A DNA stretch of 64,000 nucleotides from contig JAEESW010000006.1 of assembly GCA_016290135.1 (NCBI GenBank), forward strand, positions 27,670-91,669, written 5' to 3'. Every line of letters begins with the position of its first letter. The stretch's first letter is position 1. Positions 1 to 8,077 of the stretch are shown one piece after another. The notes under the pieces were generated by a model. That model searched no databases, was not told the origin of the DNA, and saw nothing but the letters and a program-made list of their open reading frames with translations. This stretch comes from a bacterium (lineage in GTDB: Bacteria > UBP6 > UBA1177). The position numbers and the translations under genes were made by a program.

Positions 1-357
1 CGACGAGGACCACGAGCCAGAGTTCGTCAAAAAGCTCCCACAGTGCGTTCTGTCTGTATTTTTTGAAGTAGTGATCCATGTTGTAGTTCGTTTCGCCGAG
101 CGCCTTTTTCACATATTCGACCGTGATCTTCGGATATTTCTCGTCGTAACGCTCTTGGGAAATTTTTTTGCCGTCAGAATCTCTTTTTGCCCGTTCCTTT
201 TCATCAAAAACATCGGAGATCTTTCTGATGTTCTCATCGAGTTTTTTTTCGACCTGCTCCGGCAGATTTTTCCGTTTTTTCTTTATCCACTCAAGCCTGT
301 TGCCCTGGATCGCCAGTTTTTTCAAAAGTTTTCTCAACTTAAGCTTTCTTAGTAGCA
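1..357 (-). CDS. hypothetical protein, N-terminal ~119 codons; the gene continues past the left edge of the window
   Basis: My hand translation of the minus strand from the ATG at 357-355 is open to position 1. It reads MLLRKLKLRKLLKKLAIQGNRLEWIKKKRKNLPEQVEKKLDENIRKISD... The gene is divergent from recX. The plus-strand ORFs 71..352 and 168..476 are probably its shadows. Confidence 0.4.
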
Positions 358-503
358 TGGAACCTCCGTTTTCAAAGCCCGCAAAAGATAGTCAAAAGCG
401 CTCCAAAAGCAAAATTTATCCCTTCAGATCCGCGCGGAAAAATTTCCATATTGCAATTCTCCGGCAAAAAGCATAGTATCGCAGAGTAAAAGGGGTAAAC
501 GCC

Positions 504-938
504 ATGGATACAGCGGACAGATTCTTTGATTCAGCATGCAGGCTTCTTGCCGTAAGGGACTACTTCACTGAAGAGCTGCGGCAGAAAATACTCGCCAAAG
601 GCGCAACAGCCGAAGAAACAGAGGCCGTGATAAAAAAGTTGAGCAGATTCAACTACTTGAATGACACAAAGGTCCTCGAAAAATATGTTGCCGAAATAAT
701 CTCGAAAGGCAAAGGGATCAACTATTTAAAGCGCAAACTTTTTGAAAAAGGGTGCTCTTCCCTCCTCTCTTCCTGCGATCTGGCCGCGTTCTACCCTTTT
801 GAAGAAGAGTGCGCCGCAGCCGAAAGGACTCTTGCCAGACTCGGGGAATACGAAGAAGAAAAACTCGTATCGAAACTCATTTCGAGAGGATTTTCAACAG
901 CCGCCGCGATAGAGGCAGTGAAAAAAAGGAAAGGATAG
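504..938 (+). CDS. recX: recombination regulator RecX
   Basis: The ORF is 144 aa. It begins ...FDSACRLLAVRDYFTEELRQKILAKG... and has the three repeated helical modules typical of the RecX family (ALRLLSRRD.S..EL..KL-type start). Confidence 0.75.
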   Translation: MDTADRFFDSACRLLAVRDYFTEELRQKILAKGATAEETEAVIKKLSRFNYLNDTKVLEKYVAEIISKGKGINYLKRKLFEKGCSSLLSSCDLAAFYPFEEECAAAERTLARLGEYEEEKLVSKLISRGFSTAAAIEAVKKRKG

Positions 939-940
939 CG

Positions 941-1999
941 TTATTCGCCCCAGACAAAGATGTCGTCGAACCAAACTTTTTTCTGTTTTTTGTCCGCCAC
1001 AAGACAGAGATTCGGAATAGAGATCGAACCAAAATCGTGGACCTGATTATTGACTTTAAGTTCGTCATCGACCCATACGGAAACAGTTTTATTCAGCTGA
1101 TCGAGTTTCAAACGGATCTTATACCACACATTCGCCTCGTATGAAGGAGCGATCTCGTAAGCATACCATTCAGGGATCTGATAGCGTATCTTTCCGTCGG
1201 CGAACTCGACTTTCATGTCATAGTTGCCCCAATTCGAACCGCTTGCCTCATTTTCAAAAGTGCAGAGCGAAAATGAAACATCGTCACCTTCAGTATTCAT
1301 CTTCATTTCGACATTGATCACATCCGGCACTTCAGGCAGAGCTGTCGTCATGATCGCCGAAAGGTTGCCGTTCTTGCTGCCAAGAAGGTTCATGCTGTTT
1401 TCAGCAGAGAAATAGCGCTCGGAAGTAACGATCTGATACTGAGGTCCTGCGCCTCGGTATTTCAGCGTCCAGCCTGAACTTTTAGGCGGAAAAGAGCCGG
1501 CCGTGTAAGAATCAAAATTCTCCTTGAAGAAAGCGTTTCTGCACACTTTCGCACCGCCGCAGGCATCAGCCGTAACACAAAGATCGGCTTCGCAGCAGTC
1601 GGCATCGGTCTCACACGATGCCCTGAAACAGTTCGATCCGCTGAAAAGCTCGCCGCATACAGGCTTCTCTTCATCCGGCGTCTCATCGACATCCTCGTCA
1701 GGGAAAGGATCTTTATCGTTTTCGGCCGGATCATCTTCATTCGGTCCGTTATCGGCCGGTTCCGTGTTTTCCTCATCAGTTGTCACGACCTGGTCATTAT
1801 CATTGACTGCCGGTCCTCCGGCTTCATCCGGAGTTTCTTCCGCCGGTCCGACAGGATCTGAATCCTGAACCTCAGGATCATCGTTTTCAGTCACGCCCTC
1901 ATCCGGAGTCTCTTCAGCAACCGGAGTAAGCCGTTTCGCAGCATCACCGCTGCATGAAACAAGAATGAAAGCCAAAAATAAAAAGAAGAATTTCCGCAT
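941..1999 (-). CDS. secreted lipoprotein with an acidic low-complexity region, a Cys-rich module and a C-terminal beta-sandwich-like domain
   Basis: The probable start is MRKFFFLFLAFILVSCSG, which has an LVSC lipobox. An acidic Asp/Glu/Pro-rich linker follows, then CGELFSGSNCFRASCETDADCCEADLC, then a ~200-aa domain. This gene has no WRLP/RCVR tail. Confidence 0.6.
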   Translation of the reverse strand: MRKFFFLFLAFILVSCSGDAAKRLTPVAEETPDEGVTENDDPEVQDSDPVGPAEETPDEAGGPAVNDNDQVVTTDEENTEPADNGPNEDDPAENDKDPFPDEDVDETPDEEKPVCGELFSGSNCFRASCETDADCCEADLCVTADACGGAKVCRNAFFKENFDSYTAGSFPPKSSGWTLKYRGAGPQYQIVTSERYFSAENSMNLLGSKNGNLSAIMTTALPEVPDVINVEMKMNTEGDDVSFSLCTFENEASGSNWGNYDMKVEFADGKIRYQIPEWYAYEIAPSYEANVWYKIRLKLDQLNKTVSVWVDDELKVNNQVHDFGSISIPNLCLVADKKQKKVWFDDIFVWGE

Positions 2000-2099
2000 T
2001 TTTATTCTCCATAAAAGACACAAAACAACCTTTCTATTGTAGATCTTTCAGAAATATTATCAACCGATTTTTTTTAGACCGGCGTCGTTTTATTTGAAA

Positions 2100-2831
2100 T
2101 TATTGATTTTTCGGATCGAAAGCGAACGGGAAAGTGACTGTTGCGGAACCGCCTGCCGGTTTCGGGAAACGCAATCTGCCGATGACGCCTTTCACACACT
2201 TTGCGACTTCGGCATCTTTGAGAGAATCATCGACTACTTCGGTGTTTGAGACCCTTCCCTGCTCGTTTATCGTGATCTTTACAGACATTTTGCCTTTAAG
2301 CATCGGATTCGATGTCAGAGCCTTGTCGTAGCATCTTTTTATTGCGGCTTTGCTGACGTTTATAACTTTCGTGACCCCTGCGGAATCTATGTTTGCGCCG
2401 TCCGGCTCTCTCAGAGACGGTGTCGGCCTTTCAGGAACACCCTTTTCTTCCCTTTCTATCGGTTTCTTTTCCGCGGGTGCAGCCGCCGGAGCCGGTTTTT
2501 CAGCAGGTTTTTCCGTCTTTTCAGCTTTCTCTGCTTTTTCAGGAGCGGGTCTTGCCTCCTGTTTCTCTTTTTTTGCAGGTGCAGGAGCGGGAGCGGGTTC
2601 AGCTTTCTGCTCGGGAGCAGCCTCTTCCTTTACTGCTTCAGCAGGAGCGGGCTCTTCGGCTTTGGGAGCCTCTTCAACTGCCGGTGCAGGCTCAGCAACA
2701 GGTGCCGGTGCCGGCTGAGACGTTTCAGGTAACGGCTCTACATTTTCACTGCCACGGCTTCTGCTGCATTTGTAGGCTGCAAGCAGGGCGACTATCACAA
2801 CGATAATGACAACAACAAGAAGTTTTTTCAT
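2100..2831 (-). CDS. TonB-like protein: N-terminal TM anchor, Pro/Ala/Glu/Lys-rich linker, C-terminal TonB_C / AgmX-PglI C-terminal-like domain
   Basis: MKKLLVVVIIVVIVALLAAY is a TM anchor. About 120 aa of (A/E/K)P-rich repeats follow. The C-terminus reads AIKRCYDKAL...GKMSVKITINEQGRVSN...CVKGVIGRLRFPKPAGGSATVTFPFAF, which matches the CY..L / G.v.v.f.I...G.V / C / FP.P.GG / FPF.F pattern I recall for NF033768. Confidence 0.6.
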   Translation of the reverse strand: MKKLLVVVIIVVIVALLAAYKCSRSRGSENVEPLPETSQPAPAPVAEPAPAVEEAPKAEEPAPAEAVKEEAAPEQKAEPAPAPAPAKKEKQEARPAPEKAEKAEKTEKPAEKPAPAAAPAEKKPIEREEKGVPERPTPSLREPDGANIDSAGVTKVINVSKAAIKRCYDKALTSNPMLKGKMSVKITINEQGRVSNTEVVDDSLKDAEVAKCVKGVIGRLRFPKPAGGSATVTFPFAFDPKNQ

Positions 2832-2939
2832 TTTTCACCTCGTTAATAAAAAGACCTTAATCCAAAAAACGCGTTATTTTAGGAATATCTTGTGAAATTG
2901 CCAGAAAAATCGTCAGCTCCGGCAGAAAAGCGGTCGTTT

Positions 2940-3908
2940 TCACCTTCTCAGGTGGAGCAGTATCGAATGGGCCAAAGAGACCTTCTTACCGTGCTTCGGA
3001 GCAGGGAATTTCATCTCTCTCACTCCTGCCGCGATACAGTTTTCGACCGTAAGATTGCCGAAAGTGCTCATATAGACACCGGAATACAAGACCTTGCCTT
3101 CAGGAGAGACAATATATTCGACAGTCACCCTTCCGTGTTTCATATCGCTGTCTTCCTGCATTCCTTTGTAAATGCAGAAAGAAAAATCCTTCATCTTATC
3201 GTCGAACTGTTTGTTTATATCCTTTTCGCTGATAGGAAAGTTATCCTCTTTGTCAGCTTTCTTCTCTTTTTCATCCTTTTTTTCATCCTTATCAGCTTCC
3301 TTTTCATCTTCTTCAAAATAATACCAGTCCGACCTCGCAATGCATCTCGCGTAGAGTTTTGATTCCTTGCTGACACTTCCGATCATTCCGCTGTAAAAAA
3401 CGGCGCCCCAAGCCTTGTTATCATCATCGGAAAGCGATGATCCCGACCACAGTCCGATGTAATCCGCATCGCCGAACATGCTGTAATGACCTCTGTTTTT
3501 CGGCTTTCTTTCGCAAGTACACGAATTTTTAGGAGCCGAGCAGTTCCCGGCAAGGCATCTGCCCTCATCGCTCACGCGGCAGCTTCCGCCAGGCTCGGTC
3601 GCCGGACAGTTGCGCATCAGTTCCCTAAGCTCGTCGACATTCGGCAGACGCCATGTTTCGCCCCAGAAATCGAGTTTTCTGCAGTAATCCTGAGCTTCTT
3701 TCCATGTCATTTTAGTTAAAGAGCGTGCCGAGAAAATAAAGTTCCCGTCACTCTCGACGATCTCGATCCCTCCTTCCGCCGCGGAATAAGCCTGTGCCGC
3801 AGCTGCTTCCTCATCTTCGAGTTCGTTGTCCTTTTTATCCTCTGCAAAAAGGGCAACTATGCCGAAAACTGCGATAAAAAGAAACAAAGGCAAACTTTTT
3901 CTCATCAT
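2940..3908 (-). CDS. secreted protein fusing a Fib_succ_major-like domain to an AgmX/PglI-C (TonB_C-like) domain
   Basis: Signal peptide MMRKSLPLFLFIAVFGIVALFA. The first domain reads MTWKEAQDYCRKLDFWGETWRLPNVDELRELMRNC...LYARCIAR. A KEADKDEKKDEKEKK linker follows, then ...VTVEYIVSPEGKV...ENCIAAGVREMKFPAPKHG. The start ATG overlaps the murJ stop (ATGA). Confidence 0.7.
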   Translation of the reverse strand: MMRKSLPLFLFIAVFGIVALFAEDKKDNELEDEEAAAAQAYSAAEGGIEIVESDGNFIFSARSLTKMTWKEAQDYCRKLDFWGETWRLPNVDELRELMRNCPATEPGGSCRVSDEGRCLAGNCSAPKNSCTCERKPKNRGHYSMFGDADYIGLWSGSSLSDDDNKAWGAVFYSGMIGSVSKESKLYARCIARSDWYYFEEDEKEADKDEKKDEKEKKADKEDNFPISEKDINKQFDDKMKDFSFCIYKGMQEDSDMKHGRVTVEYIVSPEGKVLYSGVYMSTFGNLTVENCIAAGVREMKFPAPKHGKKVSLAHSILLHLRR

Positions 3909-5488
3909 ACACCTCTTTTTCTGAACAATCCTTTAACGACCTCAAACGTTTCATCTTTGACAACTGCCGAAATCCCTGCAAAAAACATCATAAAAACCAA
4001 TGCGAGCAGTGAAAAAGAACACATTTCACTTATTTTGCCGATTTTAAAAAGAGAGTCAAAAAAGTTATAGAACCTGTCTTTCAAGAAAATCAATGGACAA
4101 ACTGAAACCACTGAAATTATTGAAATTTTAACAAAATAGAGAGCTGTTTTCCCGAATTTCGCACTGTTTTTGAAGTATCTGAGCACTGCGGCAAAAAGGA
4201 TGACTGCTGCCGCAAGCGACGCAAGCGACGATGCAAGCGCGATGCCGCCTCCGGACAAGGTATCAACGAGAAAATATGCGGCGATGAAGTTCACCGCTAT
4301 CGAAACAAGTCCTGCGAAAACGGGAAGCGCCGTCCTTTCTAACGCATAGAAGAACGAGTTCAGGATCCTTGAAAGAGCAAGAAAAAAAAGTCCCGTGATC
4401 CTGAAATCAAGGGCTGAAGCTGTAAGAGCAACCGATTTGGAATCGAATTTGCCGAAACCGAAAAGAAGCTGAACCATCTCAGTCGAATTGACAAGCGTGA
4501 ACACAAGCGCAGGGATCGAGACGAATGCCACGAACTTCAAGGCTGAGTCAAGGTTTTCAGTAAGTTTTGAGAAATCCCTGCTTTTCGCGTTCTCAACAAG
4601 TTCAGGCAGGATCACTGTGCTCAGAGTCACGACAAAAACACCGATCACGAGTTCCTCGATGCGTGCCGAAAAGCGGAGGCTGCTGACCACACCTTCGCCA
4701 GCGCTGTTAGCCATGTTCGTAGTGAGAAGGACGTTCAGCTGGTATGCGCCCGTGCCGAAAAGCGCGGCTAATACCATCTTTCCCGATCTTGCGATATTCG
4801 GATCCGCAAACGCTTTTTTAAGGCTCACGAAAGAAAAACGGAAAAGCGTTTTCGCCATGAAAGGAAGCTGCATCGCAAGCTGCATGAAACCTCCTGCGAG
4901 AACGCCGACTGACAAAGCACGTGCCGGATTTTCAGTGAAAGGCGCAAGAAGAAAAGCAAGCGTTATGAATGAGATGTTGAAAACTATCGGAGAGGCTCCG
5001 CTCGGCCTGAAGATTCCGGAACTGTTGAGAACGCTCTGCGTAAGAGCCGCAAGCGAGATGAAAAAAATGTATGGAAACATGATCCTGGCAAGAAACGCCG
5101 CTTCGGCCGCCGAAGTCTCTTCAAGCGAAGGAGCAAGAAGCGCGGTTATGCCGCCTGAAAATAGGATCGAGATAGCCACAAAAACGAATGAAACGAGCGT
5201 CACAAGCGTAAAAAGCGCGCTTAGAAATTCGGCAGCCTCTCCCCTTTTGTTCTCACTCACGAGCCCTTTGAAGCGCGGAATGAAAGCCGATGAAATGACG
5301 CCGTCTGCAAAAAGCCGCCGCACGACATTGGGGATCGTGAAAGCGACCGCAAAAGCATCGGCAAGAACTCCGGTCCCCAGAAAAGCGGCCGTGACAGACT
5401 CCCTCACCAAGCCCAAAACACGCGAAATTACCGTAAGGACCGCCAAGTCCGAACTTTTTTTGAATATCGAAGGAGCTTTTTGAGTCAT
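3905..5488 (-). CDS. murJ: lipid II flippase MurJ (MviN)
   Basis: The ~527-aa polytopic protein contains LAVLTVISRVLGLVRESVTAAFLGTGVLADAFAVAFTIPNVVRRLFADGVISSAFIPRF, which is classic MurJ N-terminal sequence. The track ORF starts at a GTG at 5512. The ATG that gives MTQKAPSIFKK, at 5488, is the more likely start. Confidence 0.85.
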   Translation of the reverse strand: MTQKAPSIFKKSSDLAVLTVISRVLGLVRESVTAAFLGTGVLADAFAVAFTIPNVVRRLFADGVISSAFIPRFKGLVSENKRGEAAEFLSALFTLVTLVSFVFVAISILFSGGITALLAPSLEETSAAEAAFLARIMFPYIFFISLAALTQSVLNSSGIFRPSGASPIVFNISFITLAFLLAPFTENPARALSVGVLAGGFMQLAMQLPFMAKTLFRFSFVSLKKAFADPNIARSGKMVLAALFGTGAYQLNVLLTTNMANSAGEGVVSSLRFSARIEELVIGVFVVTLSTVILPELVENAKSRDFSKLTENLDSALKFVAFVSIPALVFTLVNSTEMVQLLFGFGKFDSKSVALTASALDFRITGLFFLALSRILNSFFYALERTALPVFAGLVSIAVNFIAAYFLVDTLSGGGIALASSLASLAAAVILFAAVLRYFKNSAKFGKTALYFVKISIISVVSVCPLIFLKDRFYNFFDSLFKIGKISEMCSFSLLALVFMMFFAGISAVVKDETFEVVKGLFRKRGV

Positions 5489-5508
5489 AAAGGATCGCCT
5501 CTGCACAT

Positions 5509-6450
5509 TCACTCTTCCACCTTCTTAAACACAAAAGGATAGTTCACGATAACTATTCCGCCCCCTTTAGGAGCAGGAAATTTGATTTTTTTGATTACTC
5601 CGGCAACGCAGTTTTCGACTTCGGCATTGCCCATCGTCGTTCTCTGCACTTTGGCAGAACTCACATCGCCGCTTGCCGAAATAACGAAGTTGATGACGAC
5701 TCTTCCGGCTAATTTCCTATCTTTCGCAAGTTCATTTTCATAACATTGTCTTATTTTACCGACACTTTTTCTGACATACGAATCGATCGTGCATCTGTTT
5801 AAAGCACCCATTATTACCGGAGTCTCATGGGAAACGGATTCTTCTTTTAAATCCACTTCCTTAACGCATCTCGCATAAAATTTTCCGCTTTTTTTGTTGC
5901 TGCCGACCATTGCGCTGTAATAAACGATGCCCCACGCACTGTCCGGATTGTCGGAAAGAGTTGATGAAGACCAGAGAGCGATATTGTCTTCATCGCAGTT
6001 GGCACTGTAAAAACTCCCTTTTGCGATCCTCTCGCAGCTGCACGAACCTTTCGGGTTTTTGCACTCGGAAGAAAGACAACCGTTTTTCTCGCTCACTCTG
6101 CACTCGCCGCCGGACTCGGTTTTCGAACATCCGATTATCCCTTTTCTCAATTCGTCGATATTCGGAAGATGCCAGCCGCCCGAACCTTTTTCCGACAGAT
6201 TTTTGCAGTAGTTCACAGCATCGTTCCAAGTCATCTTTTCTGGAGAACGGTCGGAAAACAAAACAGTCTTTCTACTCCCACTTGCAGTACTTTCTTCATT
6301 TTCAAGTTCATTGTCTTGTTCCGGTGCCGATCCATTCTGCGTCCGGTTTGTATCTTCCGACGCGTTTTTCTCAGTTTTCCCGTCATCAGCAAAGAGTAGT
6401 ACCGTCAAAAAAGCTGAAATCAAAAGGACTAAAAACAAAAGTTTTTTCAT
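5509..6450 (-). CDS. secreted protein fusing a Fib_succ_major domain to an AgmX/PglI-C (TonB_C-like) domain
   Basis: The probable start is MKKLLFLVLLISAFLTVLLFADDG. It contains ...MTWNDAVNYCKNLSEKGSGGWHLPNIDELRK...KFYARCVKE. The C-terminus reads IRQCYENELAKDRKLAGRVVINFVISASGDVSSAKV...ENCVAGVIKKIKFPAPKGGGIVIVNYPFVF. The TGA stop overlaps the GTG start of the murJ ORF. Confidence 0.7.
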   Translation of the reverse strand: MKKLLFLVLLISAFLTVLLFADDGKTEKNASEDTNRTQNGSAPEQDNELENEESTASGSRKTVLFSDRSPEKMTWNDAVNYCKNLSEKGSGGWHLPNIDELRKGIIGCSKTESGGECRVSEKNGCLSSECKNPKGSCSCERIAKGSFYSANCDEDNIALWSSSTLSDNPDSAWGIVYYSAMVGSNKKSGKFYARCVKEVDLKEESVSHETPVIMGALNRCTIDSYVRKSVGKIRQCYENELAKDRKLAGRVVINFVISASGDVSSAKVQRTTMGNAEVENCVAGVIKKIKFPAPKGGGIVIVNYPFVFKKVEE

Positions 6451-6592
6451 GGTTTCACTCCGTAAGCGCAAAAACACGGAAAAAAATAGAGAAAATGAAA
6501 ACAGAAAGCAAGAAATCCATTGATAAGCCACAAGTCGGACAAAAAATGCAGACTCCGCAAAAATAATTCGAGTCGAAGTGTAAAAAGCACTG

Positions 6593-6620
6593 TTGACATC
6601 TCAATTTTATGGGATAATAT
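6593..6620 (+). promoter_or_regulatory. sigma-70-like promoter TTGACA-N16-TAATAT upstream of the AAA ATPase gene
   Basis: The motifs were read from the sequence. They are followed by a direct repeat TGCGGATTATCC / TGCGGATAATGG and then GGAGGTG-N5-ATG. Confidence 0.35.
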
Positions 6621-6670
6621 AAGACGTGACTGCGGATTATCCCAAATTTTGCGGATAATGGAGGTGAAAA

Positions 6671-7912
6671 ATGGCTTTTTTTGAACGGCATGCGGAAAAG
6701 ACTTTAACACGGCTCGAATCTTCATTTCCGGCAGTTCTCGTAACAGGTGCGAGACAGACGGGAAAAACCACACTTTTAAAGAAAATGACCGATGCGAAAT
6801 CGGTAAGAAGCACCACTTTTGACGACATTGCGGAAGAGCGGTCGGCAAAAACTGATCCGAAAACCTTTCTCGAACTCCATCCGAGTCCGTATATGTTTGA
6901 TGAAGTCCAGTATGTACCCGATTTTTTCCGTTATCTTAAAATCGAAATCGACAAAAACCGTAAAAACGGCATGTTTTATCTCACCGGAAGCCAGCAGTTC
7001 AAACTGATGGAAGCAGCAACCGAAAGCCTTTCTGGAAGGATCGGGATCGTCCAGCTTTATCCGCTTTCGGCGAGAGAGATCCGCCGCGACGGTTTTTCCG
7101 ACAACTTTATTCCGACAAAAGAGTATATTCTGGAACGGAACAACGCCCTTTCAAACCGCACTTTTTCTACCCAGAAAATCTGGGAGCGCATCTATACCGG
7201 CGGTTATCCCGAAGTCGTAAAAGGAAATGTTGATCCGAAAGATTTTTACGCATCATACCTTAAAACCTACATAGAGCGCGACATCAGAAGCCTGACTCAG
7301 GTCGCCGACGAAATGCAGTTTTTGCAGTTCATAACGATAGCGGCATCGAGAACGGGCCAGCTTCTGAACTACACTGACATGGCACAGGAATGCGGGATCA
7401 GCGAGGGAACTGCAAAAAAATGGATGTCGCTGCTTACGACTTCTGGAATCGTCTATCTCCTGAAGCCATATTCGACAAAAGTTGAAAAGCGGGTCGTAAA
7501 AACTCCGAAACTTTACTTCATGGATACCGGACTTGCCGCGTATCTCACCAAGTGGACAAGCCCGCTCGTCATGCAGACAGGTGCGATGGCGGGAGCTTTT
7601 TTTGAAACCTACATTGTGAGTGAAATAATCAAATCGTTTGCCAACAACGGCGTTGAAGCTCCGATTTATTTTTACCGCGACAAAGACAAAATCGAAATCG
7701 ACCTCATCATCGAACAGAACAGCATAATTTATCCCGTTGAAATCAAAAAGACCGCAACGCCTAATTCCGACGACGCGAAAAACTTTTTTATAACAGGCCG
7801 CCTGAAAGATGTTCAGATCGGTCAGTCTACAGTCATCTGCTGCACGGACAAAGTCGTTTCCGTCAAAAAAGGTGAAGCATCAGCTTTAGCAATTCCTGCT
7901 GATTTTGTGTGA
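6671..7912 (+). CDS. AAA-family ATPase (DUF4143 / COG1373-type ATP-binding protein)
   Basis: The ORF is 413 aa with a Walker A motif VLVTGARQTGKTTLLKKM. It shows the typical AAA_14 + DUF4143 layout (...YFYRDKDKIEIDLIIE...). It is the only plus-strand gene inside the minus-strand lipoprotein array. Confidence 0.8.
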   Translation: MAFFERHAEKTLTRLESSFPAVLVTGARQTGKTTLLKKMTDAKSVRSTTFDDIAEERSAKTDPKTFLELHPSPYMFDEVQYVPDFFRYLKIEIDKNRKNGMFYLTGSQQFKLMEAATESLSGRIGIVQLYPLSAREIRRDGFSDNFIPTKEYILERNNALSNRTFSTQKIWERIYTGGYPEVVKGNVDPKDFYASYLKTYIERDIRSLTQVADEMQFLQFITIAASRTGQLLNYTDMAQECGISEGTAKKWMSLLTTSGIVYLLKPYSTKVEKRVVKTPKLYFMDTGLAAYLTKWTSPLVMQTGAMAGAFFETYIVSEIIKSFANNGVEAPIYFYRDKDKIEIDLIIEQNSIIYPVEIKKTATPNSDDAKNFFITGRLKDVQIGQSTVICCTDKVVSVKKGEASALAIPADFV

Positions 7913-7960
7913 GTTATCCGGCAGTTAAGCAAATTTTGTAGTTTTGTTAAAGTATCGAAT
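7913..7960. repeat. degenerate copy (A) of the intergenic repeat element (GTTATCCGGCAGTTAAGCAAATTTTGTAGTTTTGTT...)
   Basis: It shares the GTTATCCGGCAGTTAA head and the ATTTTGT(A/G)(G/A)TTTTGT core with copies B and C. It lies immediately 3' of the AAA ATPase gene. Confidence 0.4.
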
Positions 7961-8077
7961 CCAATTGTTTTTCAATATCCCGACCATAGTACATAACGCG
8001 GATAATCGTCACGATTTTTCGTCTTTTTATCGGATTTTTTCGAAAAAATTTAGGAAGTGCAAATATCGATTAACACA

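Noticed and set aside
71-476. Plus-strand ORFs 71..352 and 168..476
   Set aside because: A continuous minus-strand frame starting at the ATG at 357 runs off the window start. It has a plausible Lys-rich N-terminus and is divergent from recX. The plus-strand ORFs are more likely its shadows.
1524-1868. Ser-rich 114-aa plus-strand ORF
   Set aside because: It is antisense to the acidic linker region of lipoprotein gene 941..1999. It is a low-complexity shadow.
2350-2806. Ala/Gly-rich and Pro/Gln-rich plus-strand ORFs 2350..2718 and 2393..2806
   Set aside because: They are reverse-frame products of the repetitive (A/E/K)P-linker DNA of the TonB-like gene. The low-complexity mirror composition marks them as artefacts.
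4488-5483. 331-aa plus-strand ORF
   Set aside because: It is fully antisense to murJ. Its composition (S/T/A/R-rich) is typical of a shadow frame opposite a membrane-protein gene. It has no RBS or motifs.
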